From contig CALBDV010000148.1 in NCBI GenBank assembly GCA_937927565.1, positions 1-39,589 on the forward strand: a stretch of 39,589 bases of DNA, given 5' to 3'. The notes below the pieces were generated by a model, which saw nothing but the letters and a program-made list of their open reading frames with translations, did not search any database and had not been told where the DNA came from. This stretch comes from an uncultured Holophagales bacterium (GTDB taxonomy: Bacteria > Acidobacteriota > Thermoanaerobaculia > UBA5066). Positions 15,546 through 25,597 of this stretch are shown here, piece after piece. The stretch's first letter is position 1. Each line of letters opens with the position of its first letter. Both the position numbers and the translations under genes were made by a program.

Positions 15546-16499
15546 TCAGAGCGAGGCGGCGGTTTCGCCGCCTCGCTTCGCGTCGCCGAGCGCCGTCCGG
15601 GCGTGGTAGCTCGAGCGGACGAGGGGGCCCGACTCCACGACGGCGAAACCCATCGCCCGACCTGCGTCGCGGATCGTCGCGAACTCTTCCGGGGTCCACC
15701 ATCGCTCCACGGGCAGCCTTCTGGCGTGCGGCTGGAGGTACTGCCCGATGGTGAGAGCGTCGGTCCCCGCGTCCCGGATGTCGTTCATCGTCGCGAGGAC
15801 CTCGTCGAGCGTCTCCCCGAGGCCCACCATGATTCCGCTCTTCACGCGCATCCCGGGGGCGCGCTCGTCCCGCCAGGCGGCGGCGCGGGCGAGAAGCTCG
15901 AGAGAGCGCTCGTACACGGCGTCGGGGCGCACCCGCCGGTAGAGACGGGGCACCGTCTCGGTGTTGTGGTTCAGGACCTCGGGAGCTGCGGAGAGGACGG
16001 TCCGGAGCGCGGGCTCGTTTCCCAGGAAATCGGGGATCAGGACTTCCACCGTCACGCCGGGATTCAGCTCGCGGACGGCGCGAATCGTCGTGGCGAAGTG
16101 CGCTGCGCCTCCGTCCGGAAGCTCGTCGCGGTTGACGGACGTGATGACGGCGTGCCGCACGCCGAGCTCCCGGACGGCCTCGGCGACGTGCCGGGGCTCA
16201 TCCGGATCGAGAGGGCGGCCCGTCCCCTGCGTGACCGCGCAGAACCCGCAGCGCCGGGTGCAGACGTCGCCCATGAGCATGAACGTCGCGGTCCGCTCCC
16301 GTCCCCAGCACTCGAAGATGTTGGGGCACTGCGCCTCCTGGCAGACGGTGTTGAGGTGCTTCTTCTTCACGAGGTCGAGGATCGCCCGGGTGTCGTCGTT
16401 GTCGACGAGGCGCACCTTCAGCCATTCGGGGCGGGGGGTCTCCCCGTAGACCGGCCGGCCGGGGTCGGGAACGAATCGGGGAAGCGGCACGTCCTTCAC
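15546..16499 (-). CDS. lipA: Lipoyl synthase (radical SAM)
   Basis: Motifs: [20 protein letters not shown], radical-SAM [21 protein letters not shown] and [13 protein letters not shown] start at 16499. Confidence 0.95.
   Translation of the reverse strand: MKDVPLPRFVPDPGRPVYGETPRPEWLKVRLVDNDDTRAILDLVKKKHLNTVCQEAQCPNIFECWGRERTATFMLMGDVCTRRCGFCAVTQGTGRPLDPDEPRHVAEAVRELGVRHAVITSVNRDELPDGGAAHFATTIRAVRELNPGVTVEVLIPDFLGNEPALRTVLSAAPEVLNHNTETVPRLYRRVRPDAVYERSLELLARAAAWRDERAPGMRVKSGIMVGLGETLDEVLATMNDIRDAGTDALTIGQYLQPHARRLPVERWWTPEEFATIRDAGRAMGFAVVESGPLVRSSYHARTALGDAKRGGETAASL
15550..15577. terminator. Perfect 11-bp hairpin 17 nt after the ferredoxin stop, embedded in the last codons of lipA
   Basis: AGCGAGGCGGC, loop ggtttc, GCCGCCTCGCT. 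It is followed by TTCGCG on the plus strand (weak U-tract). Confidence 0.35.
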
Positions 16500-16507
16500 G
16501 CGGGCGA

Positions 16508-16513
16508 AGTGTA
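16508..16513 (-). promoter_or_regulatory. -10-like hexamer TACACT (minus strand), 8 nt upstream of the lipA GTG
   Basis: The minus strand reads ggaggcTACACTtcgcccgcGTG. Confidence 0.35.
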
Positions 16514-16575
16514 GCCTCCGGACCAGGCGCCCCGGGAAGACGCCGTCGGGATCAGACTCCCGGCAGGAGCAGGAC

Positions 16576-17547
16576 GTGAACGGAGCATCGGAAACTCAGC
16601 CGGGAACGAAGCCCGCGAGGGAAAACGCCGAGGTGCTGCGATCGGCCGAGGTGGAGCGCGCTCTCTGCGGGGGACACCCCGTCGTGGCGCTCGAGTCGAC
16701 GATCCTCTGCCACGGTCTTCCGTTCCCCGCAAACCTCGAAACCCACCGGGCGGCGGAAGAGGCCGTGCGGCGGGAGGGCGCCGTCCCGGCCCTCGTCTCC
16801 GTCGTCGACGGCGTGCCTCGCGCCGGGTTCTCTCCCGCCGAGGTGGAATCCCTCGCGCGCGCCGGGCGGTCGGTGAGGAAGGCGACGACGCGGGACCTGG
16901 GGCTCCTCGCCGCGCGGCGCGAGAGCGGCGCGACGACGGTCGCGGCGACGATGGCGATCGCTTCGGCCGCCGGAATCCGCGTCTTTGCGACAGGAGGCAT
17001 CGGCGGAGTGCATCGAGGGGTCGCGCAGACGTTCGACGTCTCGGCCGACCTCCTCGAGCTCTCGCGCACGCGCGTCGCCGTCGTCGCTTCGGGTGCCAAG
17101 GCGGTTCTCGACCTCCCGAAGACGCTCGAGGCGCTGGAGACGCTCGGCGTTCCGGTCCTCGGGTTCGGCACCTCGGAGTTCCCCGCGTTCTGGATCCGCG
17201 GCTCGGGGCTCCCGCTCGAGGTCTGCTGCGATGACGCCCGCGAGGTCGCCCGGGTCGTCCTCGCGCACTGGTCGTGGCCCGCCGCGGGCGGCGTTCTCGT
17301 CGCGAACCCGGTCCCGATGGAGGCGGCGCTCGCGAAGGAGGACGTCGACGAGGCGATCGAACGGAGCCTCGCGGCGGCGCAGGCGGCCGGAGTGACCGGG
17401 AAGGCGGTGACTCCCTATCTCCTCGCGCGCCTCGCAGAGGAGACGGGCGGGCGGACCCTGGCCGCGAACCGGGCGCTCGTCGTCTCGAACGCCGCCGTCG
17501 CGGCGAGGATCGCGGTCGCCCTCGTCCCTGGCAGCACGCGCCGCTGA
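16576..17547 (+). CDS. psuG: Pseudouridine-5'-phosphate glycosidase
   Basis: Motifs: [55 protein letters not shown] and [22 protein letters not shown] lies 6 nt upstream of GTG 16576. A later start cannot be excluded. Confidence 0.9.
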   Translation: MNGASETQPGTKPARENAEVLRSAEVERALCGGHPVVALESTILCHGLPFPANLETHRAAEEAVRREGAVPALVSVVDGVPRAGFSPAEVESLARAGRSVRKATTRDLGLLAARRESGATTVAATMAIASAAGIRVFATGGIGGVHRGVAQTFDVSADLLELSRTRVAVVASGAKAVLDLPKTLEALETLGVPVLGFGTSEFPAFWIRGSGLPLEVCCDDAREVARVVLAHWSWPAAGGVLVANPVPMEAALAKEDVDEAIERSLAAAQAAGVTGKAVTPYLLARLAEETGGRTLAANRALVVSNAAVAARIAVALVPGSTRR

Positions 17548-17597
17548 CGGCGGCGGGGGAGGCCCGGTCCCCCGGGACGGCCACTCGGTGCGCCAGC

Positions 17598-17606
17598 TGG
17601 TAAAGT
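17598..17606 (+). promoter_or_regulatory. Extended -10-like element TGgTAAAGT upstream of the acyl-CoA mutase gene
   Basis: It lies in the only AT-rich patch of the 115-nt spacer, about 57 nt upstream of ATG 17663. That ATG has its own SD (GAGGTG). Confidence 0.4.
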
Positions 17607-17662
17607 CAAAGGTTTTTCCGGGCGGCCCCAGCCGCCCGAGAAGAGCCCGCCGAGGTGACCGC

Positions 17663-19363
<1,701 letters not shown>

Positions 19364-19409
19364 CCGGACGACTTCGAACGGCTGACCTTTCCCTTACTGG
19401 CCCCGAACT

Positions 19410-19418
19410 TGCTACCCT
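19410..19418 (+). promoter_or_regulatory. Extended -10-like element TGcTACCCT, 10 nt upstream of the TPR gene ATG
   Basis: The sequence reads cttGcTACCCTccggtctggcATG(19429). The spacing is slightly longer than in the other cases, so this is a weaker call. Confidence 0.25.
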
Positions 19419-19428
19419 CCGGTCTGGC

Positions 19429-21378
19429 ATGAGATTTCGTCCCGCCTTCGTCGTTCTCGCCCTCGCGACCTTCGCCGCGCCGCTCGGCGCCGTCCCGCCG
19501 GTCCGGTCCGAGGCGCTCAGCCCGGTCGAGTCCGCGCGCCGGGACGCGGTCGAGCGGTTCCTCCGGGCCCGGCTCTTCGCTGCCGACGGCGAGTTCCAGG
19601 AGGCGCTCAAGGAGTTCCGGCGCGCCGTGGAGCTCGACCCGGAGGACGGGCACCTCAGGCGGGAGTACGCCGAGGCGCTCAGGGACTTCGGCATTCTCCC
19701 GGAGGCCGAGCAGCAGGCACGAAAGGCTGTAGAGCTCGTTCCCGACAACGCGGCCGCCCATAGGGTCCTCGGGCAGATCCTCCTCTCCAAGGCTCGGGAC
19801 AAGGAGGGGATCGAGGCCGCACTTCCTACGCTCGAGAGGGCCTGCAACCTCCAGCCGGCGGAACCGTCGGGCGCCCTCGCGCTCGGGCAGGCCTACCTGA
19901 AGCTCGAGCGCCCCCAGGAGGCGGCGGCCGTCCTGGCACGCGTCCAGGATCGTCCCCGCGGTCCGATCCTCCCCCTCCTCTATGGCGAGGCCCTCGAGAG
20001 GAGCGGAAAACCGGAGGAGGCCGAGGAGGTCTACCTCGGAGTCCTCCGGCTGGACGAAGAGAACCGCGGAGCAACACTCGGCCTCCTGCGCGTCTACCAG
20101 ATGACGAGGAAGTTCGACAAGGCGCTCCCTCTCCTGGCGGAGCTCGTGGAGGACCAGCCTGGGAACCTCGGCCTCAAGGTTCAGTACGGGTTCGCGCTCC
20201 TGCGTGCCCGCCGCCTCGACGAAGCGGAGAAGCTGTTCGTGGAGGTCCTCAAGGCCGATCCCGACAACCGGGACGCCCTCCGGCACTACTCCTCTCTGCT
20301 CTCCGAGCGGCTCGAGACGTCGCGTGCCGACGAGCTCCTGAAGAAGCTCCAGGGGCTCGAGCCCGACGACGCCGACGTCGCCTTCCGGCGTGCGCTGAAT
20401 TTCCTGGAGGCCCGCCGGCTGGACGAGGCGGAAACCGTCCTGAACGACCTGAGAACGACCCTCGTCGGGCAGAAGGCGCCGGCGGCCGGCATCGCGTCCG
20501 TGGACGGGCAGCTCGGATACGTCGCCCTCCTCAAGAAGGACTGGGCGAAGGCGCGGGCCGCCGTGACGCCCCACCTCTTCGAGGGTGACGGCTCCGTCAA
20601 CCTGCAGGCCCTGAACCTCCTGGTGCAGGTCGCGCGCGACGCGAAGGAGCCTGCCGAGGGGCTCCGCGTGAGCCGTGAGGCGTACTCGAAGGCTCCGAAG
20701 GAGCTGGCCGTGCGGTCGCTGCTCGCCGAGTTCCTCCTTCGCTCGGCGAAGGAGAAGGAGCGGGCGGAAGGCGAGGAGATTCTCGTCGCGCTGGCGAAAG
20801 AAGGCCGGCCGGGCGTCCTCGCCACAGCCGACGTCTGGCAGCGCCTCGACAAGTACGGACGCGCGGCCGACTCGGCGTCGGCCGGTCTCGTGCAGTTCCC
20901 GGATGACCCGGACCTTCTCTTCCGCAAGGCCGCATCTCTCGAGCGGGAGAAGATGATCCCCGAGTCGATCGCGGCCTTCGAGAGGCTGATCGAGCTGAGG
21001 CCCGACCACGGCGCGGCGCTCAACTACCTCGGCTACATGTTCGCCGACCGGAACGAGAACCTCGAGCGGGCCCTCGACCTCGTGACGCGGGCCGTCGCTC
21101 TCGAACCGTCGAACGCCGCGTACCTCGACTCCCTCGGCTGGATCTGCTTCCGGATGGGCAACTTCGAGGAGGCCGAGAGGCACCTCCTGACGGCGAAGAG
21201 GCTTTCACCGGACGACCCGACGATCGAGGACCACCTCGGGGACCTGGAAGAGAAGCGCGGAGACCTCGCGAAGGCGCGCGAACGCTGGACGCGAGCGCTG
21301 GCGCTCGACCCGGAGGACGGCGGAACGGCGATCCGCGCGAAGCTCGAAAGGACCGCCGCCGCCGCAAAGGTCCCGTGA
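19429..21378 (+). CDS. Secreted tetratricopeptide-repeat (TPR) protein
   Basis: ATG 19429 gives the signal peptide MRFRPAFVVLALATFAAPLGA. Many TPR-like helical pairs follow (..EALKEFRRAVELDPEDG.., ..AAFERLIELRPDHGAALNYLGYMFAD.., ..LDSLGWICFRMGNFEEAERHL..). The track ORF from 18094 is an out-of-frame overlap with the mutase gene. Confidence 0.85.
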   Translation: MRFRPAFVVLALATFAAPLGAVPPVRSEALSPVESARRDAVERFLRARLFAADGEFQEALKEFRRAVELDPEDGHLRREYAEALRDFGILPEAEQQARKAVELVPDNAAAHRVLGQILLSKARDKEGIEAALPTLERACNLQPAEPSGALALGQAYLKLERPQEAAAVLARVQDRPRGPILPLLYGEALERSGKPEEAEEVYLGVLRLDEENRGATLGLLRVYQMTRKFDKALPLLAELVEDQPGNLGLKVQYGFALLRARRLDEAEKLFVEVLKADPDNRDALRHYSSLLSERLETSRADELLKKLQGLEPDDADVAFRRALNFLEARRLDEAETVLNDLRTTLVGQKAPAAGIASVDGQLGYVALLKKDWAKARAAVTPHLFEGDGSVNLQALNLLVQVARDAKEPAEGLRVSREAYSKAPKELAVRSLLAEFLLRSAKEKERAEGEEILVALAKEGRPGVLATADVWQRLDKYGRAADSASAGLVQFPDDPDLLFRKAASLEREKMIPESIAAFERLIELRPDHGAALNYLGYMFADRNENLERALDLVTRAVALEPSNAAYLDSLGWICFRMGNFEEAERHLLTAKRLSPDDPTIEDHLGDLEEKRGDLAKARERWTRALALDPEDGGTAIRAKLERTAAAAKVP

Positions 21379-22019
21379 GGTTTCCGGCCGCGGTCGCCGC
21401 GGTCGCGCTCCTGACCGCGGTGGCGTGCCGGACCGTGGGGCCGGCCGCGGTCCCGGCGGACCCTGCCCTCACCGTGAGCGCCCTCTCGACCGCCATCGCG
21501 GCGCGCGACGAGGCCTGGGGGCCGCGCCGGTTCAAGGCGCTCTTCCGGGGAGAGGTCTCTTCGAAGGCGGGGTTCACGGTCAGGGGTTACCTCGCCCTTT
21601 TCTGGGATGGGGAGCAGCTCTCCTGGCGTGTATCCGTCCCCCTCGCCGGATCCCCGCGGTCCGGCACGGTCCGCAGGTCGGGGGGCGAAGTGGGCGAGCT
21701 CTTTCCGGGGCGGCTCGCAGCCGCGGACCTCCTCGCCGTCCTGCTCGGGATCCCCGAAGAGCTCCCTTCTGGAGAAGGCGCCGTCATGCGGGCCGGACGA
21801 ATAGAGCTCAATCTGCCGTCCGGCGACGGGCGCGCCGTTCTCGTTTCGAACCCGGGCGGCGTCACGGGGCTCCTCCTGCCGGGAGGTGTGAGAGTCGAGC
21901 TCTCGCCCGGCACCGGGGTGCCGAGGCGTATCGAGCTGAGGTCGCCGCAGGGGAGGGCGCTCCTGACGCTCGAGAGCTACGGGGGGTGGCCGGAAGGAGA
22001 GGAGGTTCCGAAGGGATGA
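21375..22019 (+). CDS. Secreted protein or lipoprotein in the LolB position of the conserved lolB-ispE-prs block (LolB/DUF4292-like by position only)
   Basis: 214 aa. The signal peptide ends in Cys (AAVALLTAVAC; weak lipobox). It is translationally coupled on both sides (GTGA at 21375-21378, ATGA at 22016-22019). Function is inferred from synteny, not from motifs. Confidence 0.7.
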   Translation: MRFPAAVAAVALLTAVACRTVGPAAVPADPALTVSALSTAIAARDEAWGPRRFKALFRGEVSSKAGFTVRGYLALFWDGEQLSWRVSVPLAGSPRSGTVRRSGGEVGELFPGRLAAADLLAVLLGIPEELPSGEGAVMRAGRIELNLPSGDGRAVLVSNPGGVTGLLLPGGVRVELSPGTGVPRRIELRSPQGRALLTLESYGGWPEGEEVPKG

Positions 22020-22882
22020 GGCTCGTCGCCGAGGCGTTTGCGAAGGTGAACCGGTCGCTCGTCGTCCTCGGAAAGAGGTCCGACGGCTTTCACGAGCTCG
22101 ACACCGTCTTCCAGGCCGTAGGTCTGACCGACCGGCTCACGTTCGAGGAGAGCGACCTCCTGACGCTGGACGTGGACGACCCGTCGATCCCGTCCGGGGC
22201 GGAGAACCTCGTCCTGCGTGCGGCGCGAGCGCTGGCCGAGGCCGCCGGTCTCCGGGCGCGGGCCGCCATCACGCTCGAGAAGAGGATTCCGTCCGGCGGC
22301 GGCCTCGGGGGTGGCAGCTCTGACGCTGCAGTCACCCTCATCGGGCTCTCGGCCCTGTGGGAGCTCGACCTGCCTCTCGAGCTGCTTTCGCGGGTTGCCG
22401 GCGAGCTCGGCTCCGACGTTCCCTTCTTCCTCCACGGAGGGACGGCCCGGGGCCTTGGACGGGGGGAGCGGATCGCTCAGCTCGACGACCTTCCGCCCCA
22501 GGGCGTCGTCCTCGTGATGCCGCCGTTTCCCGTCTCGACGCCGGAGGTCTTCCGCCGGCTCGAAGCTCCGGCCTGGGACGGGAGCGGCGTCGGGGCCCTC
22601 GACGCGAGCGGCGACCCGGACCGCAACGATCTCGAGCCGGCGGCGGAGGCGCTCTTCCCGGCGCTTCGCGAGGTGCGAGAAGCTCTGGAAAGGGCCGGAG
22701 CGACCCGGGCGCGGCTCTCCGGCAGCGGCTCTACCGTCTTCGGGCTCTTTCCCGACCTCGCGAAGGCGGCCGAGGCCTCGCGCCGTCTCGACGGGCTTCC
22801 CGCCGGCTCCGCGGTTCGCGTCGTATCGACGCTGACACGCGAGGAAAGCCGCTCCCGGAGCGCACCGCGGCGGGCAGAGTAA
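22016..22882 (+). CDS. ispE: 4-diphosphocytidyl-2-C-methyl-D-erythritol kinase
   Basis: ATG 22016 gives MRLVAEAFAKVNRSLVVLGKRSDGFHELDTVFQAV... GHMP-kinase motif KRIPSGGGLGGGSSDAA, plus GSDVPFFL and SGSGSTVFGLF. Confidence 0.93.
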   Translation: MRLVAEAFAKVNRSLVVLGKRSDGFHELDTVFQAVGLTDRLTFEESDLLTLDVDDPSIPSGAENLVLRAARALAEAAGLRARAAITLEKRIPSGGGLGGGSSDAAVTLIGLSALWELDLPLELLSRVAGELGSDVPFFLHGGTARGLGRGERIAQLDDLPPQGVVLVMPPFPVSTPEVFRRLEAPAWDGSGVGALDASGDPDRNDLEPAAEALFPALREVREALERAGATRARLSGSGSTVFGLFPDLAKAAEASRRLDGLPAGSAVRVVSTLTREESRSRSAPRRAE

Positions 22883-22897
22883 TATCCCGCCCCGTGC

Positions 22898-22972
22898 TGG
22901 GGAGTCGACAAGTGGTAAGTCAGCGGTCTTTGGAACCGCCTATCGGAGGTTCGAATCCTCCCTCCCCAGCCA
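22898..22972 (+). tRNA. tRNA-Gln (anticodon UUG), CCA encoded
   Basis: Hand-folded cloverleaf: acceptor TGGGGAG/CTCCCCA, D stem GAC/GTC with loop AAGTGGTAA. Anticodon stem GCGGT/ACCGC with loop CTTTGGA (anticodon TTG). T arm GGAGG-TTCGAAT-CCTCC, discriminator G, then CCA. 75 nt. Confidence 0.92.
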
Positions 22973-22985
22973 GGATGAGAGAGCC

Positions 22986-23942
22986 ATGACGCTGAGGGTT
23001 CCGTACGGAGAGCTGAAGGTCTTCGGTGGCCGGGCCCACCCGTCCCTGACCGGTGAGATCTGCCGGGCGCTGGGGCAGGAGGCCGGGCGGGTGACGCTCT
23101 ACAACTTCTCGGACGGCGAGAACTACTGCCAGATCGAGGAGAACGTCCGCGGGGCCGACGTCTTCGTCGTCCAGCCGACCTGCCCGCCGGTGAACGCGAA
23201 CCTGATGGAGCTCCTGATCATGCTCGACGCGTTCAAGCGGTCCTCGGCGTCGCGCGTGACGGCCGTCCTCCCGTACTACGGCTACGCCCGGCAGGACCGG
23301 AAGGACAAGCCCCGCGTCCCCATCACCGCCAAGCTCGTGGCCGACCTCCTCACGTCCGCAGGGGCAGATCGCGTCCTCGCCGTGGACCTCCACGCGGCCC
23401 AGATCCAGGGCTACTTCGACATCCCGGTCGACCACCTCTTCGCCTCGGCCGTCCTCCTCGACGCCATCCGCGACGCCAAGCTCGACCCGCTCACGGTCGT
23501 CTCCCCCGACGCCGGTGGTGTCGAGAGAGCCCGCGCCTTCGCCAAGCGGCTCGGGGTCTCCCTCGCCATCGTCGACAAGAGGCGGAAGGCGAAGAACGAG
23601 GTCGAGATCATGAACGTGATCGGCGACGTGAGAGGGCAGAACGTCCTGATCGTCGACGACATCATCGACACCGCCGGGACCCTCATCAACACCGTGGCCG
23701 CGCTGAAGGATGCCGGGGCCGAGCGGGTCTTCTCGGGCTGCGTTCACGCCGTCCTCTCGGGCCCCGCCATCGACCGCCTGAACGCCAGCTCCATCGAGCG
23801 GGTCTTCTGCTCGAACTCGCTCCCGATCGACGAGAAGGTGGCGCGTTGCCCGGTCCTCACGCCCCTGTCGATCGGTTCGCTCCTGGGCGAGGCGATTCAC
23901 AGGATTCACGAGGGGACGTCGGTCTCGTCGCTCTTCGTCTGA
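22986..23942 (+). CDS. prs: Ribose-phosphate pyrophosphokinase
   Basis: Motifs: LKVFGGRAHPSL, NFSDGENYCQIEENVRGADVFVVQ, VLPYYGYARQDRK, VDLHAAQIQGYFDIPVDHL and VLIVDDIIDTAGT. Confidence 0.96.
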   Translation: MTLRVPYGELKVFGGRAHPSLTGEICRALGQEAGRVTLYNFSDGENYCQIEENVRGADVFVVQPTCPPVNANLMELLIMLDAFKRSSASRVTAVLPYYGYARQDRKDKPRVPITAKLVADLLTSAGADRVLAVDLHAAQIQGYFDIPVDHLFASAVLLDAIRDAKLDPLTVVSPDAGGVERARAFAKRLGVSLAIVDKRRKAKNEVEIMNVIGDVRGQNVLIVDDIIDTAGTLINTVAALKDAGAERVFSGCVHAVLSGPAIDRLNASSIERVFCSNSLPIDEKVARCPVLTPLSIGSLLGEAIHRIHEGTSVSSLFV

Positions 23943-23950
23943 AGTTGTTC

Positions 23951-23983
23951 CGGGGGCACCCGGGTACCGCCCGGGTGCCCCCG
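23951..23983 (+). terminator. Strong GC hairpin immediately after prs
   Basis: CGGGGGCACCCGGG, loop taccg, CCCGGGTGCCCCCG: a perfect 14-bp stem starting 9 nt after the stop. No U-tract, which is common in GC-rich genomes. Confidence 0.55.
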
Positions 23984-24087
23984 AGCCCCCTCCGCGGCGG
24001 AGAGGACGCTCGCGCTCGCCGGGGGGCGCTGTTCGCTGCCTTGCCGACCCCCCGGACCTCGCGAACCGGCGATTCGGGCCGCTCGTG

Positions 24088-24093
24088 TAGAAT
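24088..24093 (+). promoter_or_regulatory. -10-like hexamer TAGAAT upstream of rplY
   Basis: cgtgTAGAAT has the same CGTnTAGAAT context as the AAA+ gene element. It lies about 70 nt upstream of ATG 24163, which has an AAGGA SD. Confidence 0.35.
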
Positions 24094-24162
24094 CTGCGGC
24101 TCCGCGTCGGACCGGACGCCCGGGCACCGCCGGACCGTCCGCCCATAGAAAGGAATCCGAAG

Positions 24163-24909
24163 ATGCTCCAGGAAGACGTCATCATCGAAGCCGAGCGCCG
24201 CAGCGAGACGGGCAAGAACGCCTGCAACCGGCTGCGCGAGAAGGACCTCATCCCGGCCGTTCTCTACGGCGGGGGGGCCGGCATGGAGTCGATGCCGCTC
24301 AGCGTTCCCCGGAAGGCGCTTCTCGGCCTCTTCCGCAAGGGGATCCACCAGAACGTCGTGTTCCTCCTCCAGCTCAAGGGGACGGAAGACAAGCGGCACG
24401 TCATGGTCCGCGACGTCACCCTCAGCCCGCTCCAGCGGGAGCTCATCCACGTCGACTTCCTTCGAATCCTCCTCGACCGGAAGATGAAGATGAAGGTCTC
24501 GGTGGAGGCCGTCGGGATCGCTGCCGGGGTCAAGCTCGGCGGAACTCTCGACGTCGTCACCCGCGAGCTCGAGATCGAGTGCCTCCCGGCCGACATCCCC
24601 GCGTCGATCCCTGTCGACGTCTCCGGCCTCGGAGCCGGAGAGGTCCTCCGTGTAGCCGACTTGAACCTGGGGGACAAGCTCCGCGTCCTCGGCGACACGG
24701 ACCGGGTCCTGGCGCACGTCGTCATGCCGCGCGCCGAGGTGGTGGAAGGCGCCGAGGCTGCCGCTGCAACGGCCGAGCCCGAGGTCGCAAAGAAGGGCAA
24801 GAAGGAAGAGGAAGGGGCCAAGGGCGCCGCGCCGAAGGCTGGCGCTGCGAAGGCCGCCGCTCCTGCGGCCGCCGCTCCGAAGGCCGCCGAGAAGAAGGGG
24901 AAGAAGTAG
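24163..24909 (+). CDS. rplY: 50S ribosomal protein L25 / general stress protein Ctc form, with Ala/Lys-rich C-terminal tail
   Basis: Motifs: ..ERRSETGKNACNRLREKDLIPAVLYG.., HVDFLRI, LEIECLPADIP. The tail is AKKGKKEEEGAKGAAPKAGAAKAAAPAAAAPKAAEKKGKK. Confidence 0.92.
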   Translation: MLQEDVIIEAERRSETGKNACNRLREKDLIPAVLYGGGAGMESMPLSVPRKALLGLFRKGIHQNVVFLLQLKGTEDKRHVMVRDVTLSPLQRELIHVDFLRILLDRKMKMKVSVEAVGIAAGVKLGGTLDVVTRELEIECLPADIPASIPVDVSGLGAGEVLRVADLNLGDKLRVLGDTDRVLAHVVMPRAEVVEGAEAAAATAEPEVAKKGKKEEEGAKGAAPKAGAAKAAAPAAAAPKAAEKKGKK

Positions 24910-24911
24910 GC

Positions 24912-25529
24912 TTGTCCGAGGTCGCCCTCGTCGTGGGGCTCGGCAATCCGGGCGACCGCTACGTCGGGACGCGCCACAACGTCGGCTTCGAGGTGCTGGA
25001 CGCGCTCGTCCGGCGCCTCTCCGCCGATCCGGCCCGACCGACGCGCGTCGACCGGCTCGATTGCCGGGCGTTGACGGGGCGCATCCGGATCGGCGAAACA
25101 CCGGTCCTCGTCGCCAAGCCTCAGACGTATATGAACCTCTCGGGTGAGTCGGTAAAAGGGCTGCTCGTGAAGCACGCCATCCCGCGGGAGCGGATGCTCG
25201 TCGTCTCCGACGACGTGGCCCTGCCTGTCGGCCGTCTGCGGATCCGCCCGTCGGGCTCGTCGGGAGGACAGAAGGGGCTCCAGAGCGTCATCGACTGCCT
25301 CGGCGCCGACGATTTCCCGCGGCTCCGGATCGGCGTCGCCGGCGAGCGTTTCCGTCCCGGCGAGGAGCTCGCCGACTACGTCCTGGACCGCTTTTCCAAG
25401 CCTGAGCGGGCCGCCCTCGGGCCCGTCCTCGGGACCGCCTGCGAGGCGATCGAGACCTTCGTCACCGAGGGGATCGACATCGCCATGAACCGCTTCAACC
25501 GCCCTTCGGAGATCGTTCCGGCGGGCTGA
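24912..25529 (+). CDS. pth: Peptidyl-tRNA hydrolase
   Basis: In frame with ORF 24579..25529. TTG 24912, 2 nt after the rplY stop, gives LSEVALVVGLGNPGDRYVGTRHNVGF..., the canonical Pth N-terminus. Later motifs include KPQTYMNLSG and GSSGGQKGL. The exact start codon is uncertain. Confidence 0.88.
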   Translation: MSEVALVVGLGNPGDRYVGTRHNVGFEVLDALVRRLSADPARPTRVDRLDCRALTGRIRIGETPVLVAKPQTYMNLSGESVKGLLVKHAIPRERMLVVSDDVALPVGRLRIRPSGSSGGQKGLQSVIDCLGADDFPRLRIGVAGERFRPGEELADYVLDRFSKPERAALGPVLGTACEAIETFVTEGIDIAMNRFNRPSEIVPAG

Positions 25530-25597
25530 ATCAAACCCTTGGCTCGGCCGACAGGCCGCGCCTCGCGGGCTTGCCCCGCGATCCGTAAGGAGGACTC

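Noticed and set aside
17548-17662. Possible cobalamin riboswitch upstream of the B12-dependent mutase.
   Set aside because: The spacer is only 115 nt and I do not see a B12-box-like core. It contains a promoter-like element, one short GC hairpin (GGGCGGC..GCCGCCC) and an SD. B12-dependent enzymes are also not the usual targets of this riboswitch. A covariance-model scan would be definitive.
23984-24087. GC-rich stretch of about 100 nt between the prs terminator hairpin and the rplY promoter-like hexamer, considered as an ncRNA or ribosomal-protein leader.
   Set aside because: I could identify no convincing extended secondary structure or known motif by eye. It is probably just spacer. An Rfam scan would settle it.
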